64,000 nucleotides of DNA from Calditrichales bacterium (GCA_965267575.1 OZ254086.1:1600001-1664000), one strand, 5' to 3'. Positions 40,614-49,722 are shown, counted from the stretch's first letter. Notes: generated from the sequence alone by a model not told the origin. A program made the numbers and translations.

Positions 40614-41015
40614 TTAGCCTGCTTTGACAAGTTCTAAAAATTCTCTCGGCGTTATAATTTTGATCGGAGAATTAGCCCTCACGTCCAATAAATCCTTGTC
40701 ACCCGTAATAAGAACGGCTGCTTTACTTTTTATAGAAAGGGCGAGGATCTTCTCATCATCCTTGTCTCGAAGTGCCAAAGGCGATGGTTCATTTGCATAG
40801 GTACATACTTCAAAGTGGTTTAGATAATTGAGAATATTTTTAACCGAAGTATCCGGCATTTTAAACTTCTTGAGCAGAGCATTTTTGAGTTCGGCAAGGA
40901 CCACATCGCCAATGACAAGCTCGTGTTCCTTGACTATAATTCTAAAAATATCAGCAGACAAACCACGCGAGACAAAGGCGCTTATCAGCACATTTGTATC
41001 CAGGAAAATCCTCAA
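40614..41015 (-). CDS. PIN-domain toxin
   Basis: IFLDTNVLISA, LAEL, RDKDDEKILA and LITGDKDLL motifs. Confidence 0.88.
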   Translation of the reverse strand: MRIFLDTNVLISAFVSRGLSADIFRIIVKEHELVIGDVVLAELKNALLKKFKMPDTSVKNILNYLNHFEVCTYANEPSPLALRDKDDEKILALSIKSKAAVLITGDKDLLDVRANSPIKIITPREFLELVKAG

Positions 41016-41230
41016 GAGATTTCCCTAAATACATCTTCATCTGTAAGGATATTTTTGCTTTCGCCGTAGGGCAGAGATTGTTCACGCAGTACCTCATACA
41101 TCTGCAGAAGTAGCTGACGACGCAGTGATTCACGGACCACTTCACTGCGCTTGCGCCTCTGCTGTTTGGCGACGGCGTTTAACAAATCGTTTAGCTCGTC
41201 ATCAAGACGGATGGTGATAGCATTTTTCAT
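41012..41230 (-). CDS. Ribbon-helix-helix (CopG) antitoxin
   Basis: MKNAITIRLDDEL...RSEVVRESLRR; overlaps the PIN gene start; tandem TGTnnnACA boxes immediately upstream (41230-41248). Confidence 0.82.
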   Translation of the reverse strand: MKNAITIRLDDELNDLLNAVAKQQRRKRSEVVRESLRRQLLLQMYEVLREQSLPYGESKNILTDEDVFREIS

Positions 41231-41337
41231 GTCATACAATGTAATACATGGAGCTTGAGGCCGCAAGAAATTGAATTTGATCGGGCCATATGGGATCGCA
41301 TGCCTTTGCAGCTTTTGAAGGCGTAGATGCTTCTTAC

Positions 41338-41700
41338 TTACGCAAAGTCATCATCCGCCTTGTTGGGATCAACAGCCTGGTATTTTTTATGTAGACGATA
41401 TGAATATTTTGTAAGAACAAAAATTATGATAAAGGAAAATGTGATCGTAAAGAAATTGAATTCCATATTACCCTTATACATATCGTAAATTACCCGTCCG
41501 ATCATAATTAACATATAAGTGCCTATATTTCCGCTGTCTGCAATCTCCGCCTGTCGTGGGCTTTTGGGGCGTATATAGTCTTTATAGAAAAGGATGAATC
41601 CCACCTGTTCCAAGACAAAAGAAACAATAAAAAAAGCAATAACTATTATATGCGCTTTTCCGATTGAAATTAAGACGGAGATGAATGATTCTGTTAGCAT
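41338..41700 (-). CDS. Putative membrane immunity protein (family B, copy 1)
   Basis: 120 aa with 3 hydrophobic segments, directly downstream of toxin tip B1; near-identical to 47481-47855. Confidence 0.65.
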   Translation of the reverse strand: MLTESFISVLISIGKAHIIVIAFFIVSFVLEQVGFILFYKDYIRPKSPRQAEIADSGNIGTYMLIMIGRVIYDMYKGNMEFNFFTITFSFIIIFVLTKYSYRLHKKYQAVDPNKADDDFA

Positions 41701-41715
41701 TTACTTTACGTCTCT

Positions 41716-42127
41716 TTATGGGTTAACAGCGCGATCTATTGTATGTATCCTTTGCATAAAAATTCCCGGTACATAAAATGGTTTATAATAATTCCCTGCT
41801 GGACCACCGATTTCCCGGCTGGCTCCAATGCTAATGGCAGTTAACAATAAGTCATTAACGACCGGAGCGTTTTGTAAGTAGAAATTATAATAACGAAGCC
41901 CAACCTCTATTGCCTTGCCTGAAGCAGCAGCAATACCTTCACCCGCATAGCTCACGCCAAGCGCAGCCGCTCCACTGGATGCTGCAATGGCGCCAATATA
42001 CCGCCTGATGTAATGGCGGTTAAGCCCGCCGCCAGCGTCTTAAAAGCCGCCTGCCGGCGCTGGATGTCGGGATCGTCGGCTAACCATTGTTGGATGTCAT
42101 CCCAGTCGTATGGGCTTAGGCTGGCTT
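41716..42127 (-). pseudogene. Headless polymorphic toxin tip B1 (frameshifted)
   Basis: Shared linker LSPYDWDDIQQWLADDPDIQRRQAAFKTLAAG..AVSYAGEG followed by a unique tip. A 2-bp insertion relative to copy B2 (ttggCGccatt vs ttggccatt) breaks the frame. Confidence 0.65.
41935..42127. repeat. ~190 bp direct repeat (type-B linker), partner at 47252-47442
   Basis: Near-identical sequence read directly at both positions. Confidence 0.9.
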
Positions 42128-42130
42128 ACA

Positions 42131-42910
42131 TTATTTAATCTCAACCCTTATCTTCCACTTAGAGCTTGCCTCACTACTCGTTACCTTCAAAAAAAGCTTC
42201 GTCACACCTCTCAGGCGGGTTTCCGTTTTTATTCTGCCATTAGTAGTGGTCATTTCTGTGGTAAACAGTTCTTTTCCGCTCTTGTCCGTAACATTTAACT
42301 GATCGGCTTCTTTATAAAATTCATAGGTTAGTTTTAGCTTTGTTTCGTAACCAGATAGTAGAACTTCCTTTGTTAGGCTGCCTGTTCCAGCGAATTCTTC
42401 GTTAAGTTCACGGTAGAATGTTTTGGAGCTATCTTCAGGAATATAATCATCCTTGTTAAACGAATTACACACCTGTTTTCCCTGTTTATCAAAACATAAT
42501 TCCATCTCTTTGTTAGATAATTGCTTTAAGTGAAAACTTAGCTTGCTTGACTTTTCAAATAATCCACTAAAAGAACCGTCATAACTTTCTAAAACAGTTC
42601 TTTCACTTAAAATCAATTCTTTTCCAGAAGGGTCATAGTGCCAAGTTCCTTTTTCAGTCATTGAAGTATAGGCTCCATTTATTCTTATGTCATTGTCCTT
42701 TAGTTTCCCCGTTAACTCATAGGAACCAATATCAGCGGCAATTGGATTATAAACGAAATACTTGTGATCTGACCTAAAAATAATAATATCTTGATATTCA
42801 CAATAATTGCATATCAGGAACCAGCTTCCCAATAATTTTTCTTCTTGTGGCTCGGAGCACGCAGTATTGCTTAACAACAGAACAAGAAACGCTATTTTAA
42901 TTATTAACAT
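42131..42910 (-). CDS. Lipoprotein, putative immunity protein for the M23 toxin tip
   Basis: Lipobox LLSNTAC then EEKLLGSW (lipocalin-like start); start overlaps the toxin stop (TAATG). Confidence 0.7.
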   Translation of the reverse strand: MLIIKIAFLVLLLSNTACSEPQEEKLLGSWFLICNYCEYQDIIIFRSDHKYFVYNPIAADIGSYELTGKLKDNDIRINGAYTSMTEKGTWHYDPSGKELILSERTVLESYDGSFSGLFEKSSKLSFHLKQLSNKEMELCFDKQGKQVCNSFNKDDYIPEDSSKTFYRELNEEFAGTGSLTKEVLLSGYETKLKLTYEFYKEADQLNVTDKSGKELFTTEMTTTNGRIKTETRLRGVTKLFLKVTSSEASSKWKIRVEIK

Positions 42911-43741
42911 TATTTTAGTCCTGGAAAGTATGGTGTTGGGTTAACCCAAGTTCTGTTAAGTCTCATCTGCAAATGAATATGAGGCGTTACATGAGGGGGA
43001 TATCCTAAACCTTGTAAATTCACTGATTGTCCAACAATATCACCTGGACTTACTTTTCTCCATCCACCTTGTATTGGTCCTACATAAAGAAGTTCTAATT
43101 TATCAAATCCAATGTTTGGATCGCTAGGAATAATTACAATAGTTGGTATGTCAATAGTTCGTCCATCCTTAAGTTTCTTTGGAAAAGAAGAATTAATAGC
43201 TCTGCCGGAAACAGGTGAAACAATATCCTGCCCATCAACGCTTAGAAAGTCTATTCCGTAATGTAGCCTATTTCCTCTTGGTGCCCCATAATGCCCCTGA
43301 CCTCCATCATCATTTCTAATGCCAAGCCCGGTTGGGTTGGTTAGGGTATTTCCCGCTCCTTGTTCAGAAACCCAGTAATAATACTCTAATGCTGCTACTT
43401 TGCCATCAACAATGCCGCCAGGCACACGCACAAGTCTTCCAACCAGATTACCTGAAACGGTTGTTTCTTCAAATTCCACGCCTGTATTCGCTGAAACATC
43501 TAAATACATTGAGAATAAACGTTCATTCACAATATGCCCATTGAACATGAAAGTAGTTCCCCCATAAGCCGGATGTCGCCACATTTCTGCAGGGCCGGAT
43601 GAAAGTTGGTTCAGCATCGATTCAAAGTCAACATCTATAGGCGAACTGTCCGCCCGCCCGTCCGGGTCATAGAAGTTGGGGGCGTTGTTGCGGTTGAATT
43701 TGTAGGGGTTGGCCCATTGCCGCGCCGGGTCGGTGGTGTGT
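42910..43741 (-). pseudogene. Headless Rhs C-terminal cassette with M23 peptidase toxin domain
   Basis: HTTDP..YDPDGR core end; tip GHYGAPRGNRLHYGIDF (HxxxD) and PHIHLQ (HxH), ending VNPTPY. The listed GTG start (43803) lies in an unrelated remnant. Confidence 0.82.
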
Positions 43742-43899
43742 CCCTTTACATCTGGACTTACGCTTTGCTCCAGCAAACACGCCGCCGTTGCACCCACTCT
43801 CACAACTCCAACACCTAGAACAACAGCTTTAAACCCAGCCTGCCGGCGTTGAATGTGTTGGGTTCACTGGTATTATAAGCAAATTGATACTTACAAATT

Positions 43900-44262
43900 T
43901 TAAGACATCATTATGGAAATCGTCAATGGTATCAAATATATCAAGATAACTAAAGTCGAATTAACGATATTAACTTCCTTTTGATGCTTTTCTTGTATTT
44001 TAACTATGCGCCTTTTTGTGAAATACAAATATACCGCCGTCCACCATATTATTAAAAACGGTAAGAAAATCGCCTTATTTGTGGAGCTGTCTTTTGAAAA
44101 ACTAATAAATATTTGGAAATCTAAGTAATATGACAGCAATACATGCAAAAAGCCCACATGAATAAGCATCGCTAACATAACTAAACCAGCAGTAATGAAC
44201 CTAGGGGTTTCATTTCTTCTTGCAATCAAAGGGTATAAAATAGCAAATAAATAACTGTACAT
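43900..44262 (-). CDS. Putative membrane immunity protein (family A)
   Basis: MYSYLFAILY..RRNETPRF..FLPF..VYLYFT..IYLIPL; paralogous to three other array genes; follows tip A1. Confidence 0.72.
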   Translation of the reverse strand: MYSYLFAILYPLIARRNETPRFITAGLVMLAMLIHVGFLHVLLSYYLDFQIFISFSKDSSTNKAIFLPFLIIWWTAVYLYFTKRRIVKIQEKHQKEVNIVNSTLVILIYLIPLTISIMMS

Positions 44263-44304
44263 AATTTACTCCAAAAATCGTCGCCATATTTTTCTTGTTT
44301 ATCT

Positions 44305-45110
44305 TCAATCATCAAAAATGTGTTCCGTTATCGAACGACCCGACGCGAATTGAAAAGTGATATCAAATGCATAATAGGTTGCAGCAAGCGTCCAGCCAAG
44401 CGGCCCTGATGCTAATACGCCTGCGGCAATAAAGCCGCCTTGAATAAGTAAGTCTGCTGTATGGTGATTTTCCCAACCATTACTAAGGCCATCGTAAACC
44501 GTTAACCCAGAGCCAGTTATACCCAAAGCAGTCCCACTAGCTTTGACAAATTTCAAATAAGGCTGTGCGGCTTTAACGCTGCGGTTCAGTGCTGCAGCCA
44601 GGTGGATCGTTTCGCCTTTAACGCCGTTCACAACACTCATAAAGCCAATTATATTTGCTAAATCTTTTGCTAAATCAGTATCGCCTCTCCAATACCAGTA
44701 TGCTTCCCCTTTTAAATCCCATTCAGAACCAGCAGTGCGAGTGTACGCTGCGCCAACTCTTATCCAACGACCTCCGGGTTGTGGGTCTGGAGGCCCGCCA
44801 GTAATGATTATTTTATCTACTTGATTTCTCGATATGGCGCTTTCAAGCCATGGCAAAAAGAAAGTGGCATCTACCGCTTTGCCGTCTATTTCAAAGCCCG
44901 TACCCCCATAAGCCGGATGCCGCCACATTTCTGCAGGGCCGGATGAAAGTTGATTAAGCATAGATTCAAAGTCAACATCTATGGGTGAACTGTCCGCCCG
45001 CCCGTCCGGGTCATAGAAGTTGGGCGCGTTGTTGCGGTTAAATTTGTAGGGGTTGGCCCATTGCCGTGCCGGGTCGGTTGTGTGCCTCTCGTCAAAGCCG
45101 GGTCTTATTA
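44305..45110 (-). pseudogene. Headless Rhs C-terminal cassette, hydrophobic toxin tip A1
   Basis: Degenerate RxYDPALxRW upstream of 45086, then intact HTTDP..DPDGR, linker and tip ending SITEHIFDD. Confidence 0.8.
44570..45086. repeat. ~515 bp near-identical direct repeat, partner at 45817-46333; shorter third copy at 43560-43741
   Basis: Sequences match at a 1247 bp offset (for example ttgccgtgcc at 45061 and 46308). Confidence 0.92.
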
Positions 45111-45170
45111 CGGTCTTGGGGGGCAGGTCATGGACTTTCCCCGCTCAACATGGCGTGATGCGCATGATTT

Positions 45171-45554
45171 TTACAAGGTAAAGGATATAAAAACCGACAA
45201 TGGAATAAGATATATAAAAACAACAAATAATATATTTTTAAAACTATGAATTCTTTCACCCTGATAGCTATTTAGGGTTTTTTTTATACGTTTTGGACTA
45301 AAATAAAGGTAAACTCCAACCATAAAAAAAAGAATGATAGGCAATGTACTGTACTTAGCTGTAAGGTTTGCCTCGGACATAAAATCGTAAATACCAAAAT
45401 ATTTTAACATTGCTAAGATACAAAAAACATGCATCCAAATAGCAACGAATACTACAACGGATGTTCCGAGTCTTGGGGTTTCATGGTTCCGTTCTTTTAA
45501 TTTTGTATAAAAAAAACCAAACAAAAAACTATACATGACTTCATTGCCTTTCAT
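45171..45554 (-). CDS. Putative membrane immunity protein (family A)
   Basis: MYSFLFGFFY..RNHETPRL..KYSTLPI..YLYFSPKRIK..IHSFKN..IYLIPL; starts 1 nt after the tip A2 stop. Confidence 0.75.
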   Translation of the reverse strand: MKGNEVMYSFLFGFFYTKLKERNHETPRLGTSVVVFVAIWMHVFCILAMLKYFGIYDFMSEANLTAKYSTLPIILFFMVGVYLYFSPKRIKKTLNSYQGERIHSFKNILFVVFIYLIPLSVFISFTL

Positions 45555-46538
45555 TTAATCAAAGAGATGTTCGGTTATCGAACGCCCTGAGGCGTATTGA
45601 AAGGTCATATCGACAGCATAATAACTGGCTGCGAGAGTCCAGCCAATTGGACCAGTAGCCGCAAGCCCTAAACCAATAAAGCCCCCCTGCAAAACTAAAT
45701 CTGCTACATGATGGGCATCCCATCCATTTGAAAGTGCATCAGCAAAAGTTAGCGCAACACCAATTCCACCCAAAACAGTACCAGTACCCTTAACCAAATT
45801 AAGATAGGGTTTGGTGGCTTTCACGCTGCGGTTCAGTGCTGCGGCCAGGTGAATCGTTTCGCCTTTAACGCCGTTCACAACACTCATAAAGCCAATTATA
45901 TTTGCTAAATCTTTTGCTAAATCAGTATCGCCTCTCCAATACCAGTATGCTTCCCCTTTTAAATCCCATTCAGAACCAGCAGTGCGAGTGTACGCTGCGC
46001 CAACTCTTATCCAACGACCTCCGGGTTGTGGGTCTGGAGGCCCGCCAGTAATGATTATTTTATCTACTTGATTTCTCGATATGGCGCTTTCAAGCCATGG
46101 CAAAAAGAAAGTGGCATCTACCGCTTTGCCGTCTATTTCAAAGCCCGTACCCCCATAAGCCGGATGCCGCCACATTTCTGCAGGGCCGGATGAAAGTTGA
46201 TTAAGCATAGATTCAAAGTCAACATCTATGGGTGAACTGTCCGCCCGCCCGTCCGGGTCATAGAAGTTGGGCGCGTTGTTGCGGTTAAATTTGTAGGGGT
46301 TGGCCCATTGCCGTGCCGGGTCGGTTGTGTGCCAACGTGCCAGGGCCGGGTCGTAATCCCGCCAACCAAAATGGTATTTCGCCAAGCCGGCTTCGGTATC
46401 CAGCTCTTTGGTGCTGAATTTAAGCTGGGTGTTGGTATTACCGCTGTTATAGGAGAGCCCGCCCATCTGCAGGCCAAAGGGGTAATAATCATCCTTGCTG
46501 ACGATTATGCCGTTTTCGTTAACTATCTTCTTTAAGTG
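45555..46538 (-). pseudogene. Longest orphan Rhs cassette: Rhs-associated core remnant plus toxin tip A2
   Basis: Open frame KIVNENGIIVSKDDYYPFGLQM..KFSTKELDTEAGLAKYHFGWRDYDPALARWHTTDP..NPY..N...YDPDGR matches the Rhs core consensus; internal ATG at 46466. Confidence 0.88.
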
Positions 46539-46611
46539 CTATATTGCCTTTAACGCAGGAATAGCGATAGGACGTAAAACCAATAGGCAGGTTTTTCAGC
46601 TTCCCATTTTA

Positions 46612-46971
46612 TTAACCATTCAAGTTATCGAAATTATTTTTCGTTGGATCTATTGGCGTAAATTTTAGGTGGATCTTGCCAAATATAATTGCAAGCAATA
46701 AGACTAAAACGAACCAAACCAAAAATGAAAAGCCTTCAGGATCGTCGTGATACGCTCTCAGATCATTAAATAGAACAAGTAGGTTGACGAAAAAATAGAA
46801 TAAGGCCGCTAGAACCGCAGCGCCGTCAGCCATAAATTTATTTTTTGGCGCCTTAAGATTAGACCATAACAAATATAAAAACTTTATTCGATTTTCAATA
46901 AGAAAACTAAGCAGATACAATATTCCTACTACAATTGTACCTTCAACAATAATTGATATCGTGTATTGCAT
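46612..46971 (-). CDS. Putative membrane immunity protein for tip B2
   Basis: 119 aa with 3 hydrophobic segments; starts immediately after the tip B2 stop. Confidence 0.65.
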   Translation of the reverse strand: MQYTISIIVEGTIVVGILYLLSFLIENRIKFLYLLWSNLKAPKNKFMADGAAVLAALFYFFVNLLVLFNDLRAYHDDPEGFSFLVWFVLVLLLAIIFGKIHLKFTPIDPTKNNFDNLNG

Positions 46972-46972
46972 A

Positions 46973-47442
46973 TTACTTCGGTAAAATTTGTATTATCTGC
47001 CCCATAATGTAACCGCTAATTCCCGGCCACCCACCAGCGCTAGCATCTGAGCCATATGAACTTGCAACACCATGAACAAATTGTGAAATCCCTTGATAAT
47101 TCCTTGTTGCAATATATAATGCCTGAGCGGTAGCAGCATTAGCCATATATATTGACGAATTTATCATCATCACTGCTTCCGCCTGGGCGGTTGTGGCAGC
47201 AATATAAAACTGTTCTGACACATATGGTAGTGTCGATTTAACTGCGGCAAAACCTTCACCCGCATAGCTTACGGCAAGCGCAGCCGCTCCACTGGATGCT
47301 GCAATGGCCAATATACCGCCCGATGTAATGGCGGTTAATCCCGCCGCCAGCGTCTTAAAAGCCGCCTGCCGGCGCTGGATGTCGGGATCGTCGGCTAACC
47401 ATTGCTGGATGTCATCCCAGTCGTATGGGCTTAGGCTGGCTT
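46973..47442 (-). pseudogene. Headless polymorphic toxin tip B2
   Basis: In-frame type-B linker followed by a unique Ala/Gly-rich tip ending GYIMGQIIQILPK; no convincing start codon. Confidence 0.65.
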
Positions 47443-47480
47443 TGTTTCAGCAGCAATGACTACTGGGCGTTGCTTCTTGT

Positions 47481-47855
47481 CTACGTAAAATCGTCATCCG
47501 CTTTATTGGGATCAATGGACTGGTATTTTTTATGTAGACGATATGAATATTTTGTAAGAACAAAAATTATGATAAAGGAAAATGTGATCGTAAAGAAATT
47601 GAATTCCATATTACCCTTATACATATCGTAAATTACCCGTCCGATCATAATTAACATATAAGTGCCTATATTTCTGCTGTCTGCAATCTCCGCCTGTCGT
47701 GGGCTTTTGGGGCGTATATAGTCTTTATAGAAAAGGATGAATCCCACCTGTTCCAAGACAAAAGAAACAATAAAAAAAGCAATAACTATTATATGCGCTT
47801 TTCCGATTGAAATTAAGACGGAGATGAATGATTCTATTAAAATCGTGACCATCAT
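47481..47855 (-). CDS. Putative membrane immunity protein (family B, copy 2; orphan)
   Basis: Near-identical to 41338-41700 with a different N-terminus; no cognate tip upstream; overlaps the stop of the previous gene. Confidence 0.65.
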   Translation of the reverse strand: MMVTILIESFISVLISIGKAHIIVIAFFIVSFVLEQVGFILFYKDYIRPKSPRQAEIADSRNIGTYMLIMIGRVIYDMYKGNMEFNFFTITFSFIIIFVLTKYSYRLHKKYQSIDPNKADDDFT

Positions 47856-48226
47856 GATGACAAGTAAATAATAATGGATAAAGGCACTATGTAGATTAGA
47901 GCAACAAAAACACTGTTTTTAAAACTATGAATATTTTCTTCGCCGTATTTAGCCAAAATGCTTTTTATACGCTTTGGAGAAAAATACAAATATGCAAAAA
48001 GCCAAATAACAATAACAATTGGCAAAAAACTGTATTTGTTTGAAAATTGCCCGTCAGGAAAAACGTCCATAACTGAATAGCCAAAAAACTCCCTTATTAT
48101 TGCGTCCAACGATAAGACATGAAATAGCACCGCTAGGAATACTGATCCCGCAGCATTAAATCTCGGCCCGCCACTATTTCTTTTTTTAATTAAGTGATAA
48201 AAAAAGGCGAAAACTAAATTATACAT
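47852..48226 (-). CDS. Putative membrane immunity protein (family A)
   Basis: MYNLVFAFFY..KRNSGGPRF..NKYSFLPI..YLYFSPKRIK..IHSFKN; follows tip A3. Confidence 0.75.
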   Translation of the reverse strand: MYNLVFAFFYHLIKKRNSGGPRFNAAGSVFLAVLFHVLSLDAIIREFFGYSVMDVFPDGQFSNKYSFLPIVIVIWLFAYLYFSPKRIKSILAKYGEENIHSFKNSVFVALIYIVPLSIIIYLSS

Positions 48227-48240
48227 ATTCTTTTATCCTC

Positions 48241-48655
48241 TCAATCAAATATATGCTCTGTTATTGAACGACCTGATGCGTATTGAAAAGTAATGTCAAA
48301 AGCGTAATACGTAGCAGCCAGTGTCCATCCGATCGGATTAGACCCGGCCGCTATGCCAACAACTATAAAAGTTGTTTGTAGGGCTAAGTCAGCATAATGA
48401 TGATTTTCCAATCCGTTTGTATGCGCATCAAGAGCTGTTAAACCAAGCCCTGTAAATCCCAATGCCGTACCAGTACCTTTTACCAAATTAAGATAAGGTT
48501 TTGCCGCTTTCACGCTGCGGTTCAGTGCTGCGGCCAGGTGAATCGTTTCGCCCTTGACGCCGTTCACAACACCCATAAACCCAATTATATTTGCTAAATC
48601 AGAGGCCGTGTTGTCCGTATCATATTCGTTCCAAATCTGTATTGTCGAATGCAGT
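48241..48655 (-). pseudogene. Truncated toxin tip A3
   Basis: DLANIIGFMGVVNGVKGETIHLAAALNRSVKA..HHYAD..PIGWTLAATYYAFDITFQYASGRSITEHIFD; lacks the DPDG region. Confidence 0.78.
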
Positions 48656-48656
48656 T

Positions 48657-49048
48657 CTAGAATAAGATTGGTAAACAAATAAAAAACAACAAAATGCTAC
48701 CAATCAAATAAGCCAAAACTATAGCCGTACCTCTTTTTTTTTGTTTAATGTGTTCTCCTTTATACTTATCTATTAAACCATCCCATTTGTCTTTATTATA
48801 CAAAGCAAAATGCAGGGCAAACCATACTATTATTAGTATAATACTTACAATATCTCCCGAGGATAAAAAATCAGCTATATTTAGCTTAAATGGAGTAACA
48901 GCTTCAAGTAAGCTCAAGAACGTAAGCATTAAAAAAAATGTACTGTTGCCAAAGTAATGACGACGTTAAAAACTGGAGTATCACCTCTTTTTAAAGCCCA
49001 CGAATATAATTTATAAATTATGTAATCGTACTTAAAAAACATATTCAT
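48657..49048 (-). pseudogene. Immunity-like membrane gene frameshifted in a T8 tract
   Basis: MNMFFKYDYIIYKLYSWALKRGDTPVFNVVITLATVHFF hits TAA right after the T8 run (plus-strand A8 at 48931-48938); one extra T joins it to ORF 48657-48929. Confidence 0.7.
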
Positions 49049-49158
49049 AAACTACCTTTAGTCATTTGCTGCATCTACCCAATCGCCCCAAAATCCTTCC
49101 ATATCACCAACAATATCTAATTCTCATTTGTCAAAAAAATGTGCTCCGTACTGAGTGC

Positions 49159-49524
49159 CTAAAATTTAACCATTATGATAAATGGAATAATATATATCAA
49201 CGAAACAACAATAATATTTTTTAACGAAAGAATATTTATATTTTCATATTTCTTTAGTAATTGCGCAATCTTTTTGGGTGTATAATAAAGGTATACGCCA
49301 ACCCAAATTAGAATTACAATCGGAAGAAACGAATACTTGTTATTGAAATACTCTTTAGAGAAAACATCGGAGATGGAAAAGTCCCAAAAAGCGTTTACCA
49401 ATGAGTTCAAACATAGAATGTGCAGCAAAACCGCCAAGTGTAGCAGGCCAGAAGTTTCAAACCTCGGTCTTTCGTGTTTCTTCTCAATTAGGCGATAAAA
49501 GAAAGCAAATAAATATTGGTACAT
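49159..49524 (-). CDS. Putative membrane immunity protein (family A)
   Basis: MYQYLFAFFY..KKHERPRF..NKYSFLPI..VYLYYTPKKI..SLKN..IYIIP; follows tip remnant A4. Confidence 0.75.
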   Translation of the reverse strand: MYQYLFAFFYRLIEKKHERPRFETSGLLHLAVLLHILCLNSLVNAFWDFSISDVFSKEYFNNKYSFLPIVILIWVGVYLYYTPKKIAQLLKKYENINILSLKNIIVVSLIYIIPFIIMVKF

Positions 49525-49552
49525 GAATTTCCCTTAAAAACTAAGATTACAA

Positions 49553-49665
49553 TTAATCAAATATATGCTCTGTTATTGAACAATCTGATGCGTATTGAAA
49601 GGTGATATCAAACGCATAATAGGTTGCAGCAAGCGTCCAGCCAAGCGGCCACGATACTAATACGC
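49553..49665 (-). pseudogene. Toxin tip A4 remnant (last ~36 codons)
   Basis: Translates as VLVSWPLGWTLAATYYAFDITFQYASDCSITEHIFD*. Confidence 0.78.
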
Positions 49666-49722
49666 GCCCCGCTCAACAAATACGCAGTTCACGCCTCGGG
49701 GCGTGATTGGATTTTTCAACAT

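Noticed and set aside
45139-45159. Shared junction motif CCCCGCTCAACA..GGCGTGAT (also at 49667-49707) as a recombination site
   Set aside because: Both copies sit in stretches that translate as decayed Rhs core, so shared ancestry explains them more simply; too short to support a site-specific element.
43560-46333. Diversity-generating retroelement (TR/VR pair)
   Set aside because: Differences between copies are synonymous and not adenine-specific, and there is no reverse transcriptase in the window.
46545-46611. Short peptide KWEAEKPAYWFYVLSLFLR between cassettes
   Set aside because: Could be another immunity remnant, but it is too short and has no partner in the window to support a call.
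41935-47442. CRISPR array or IS terminal repeats
   Set aside because: Repeats are 180-515 bp, irregularly spaced and coding; no cas or transposase genes are present.
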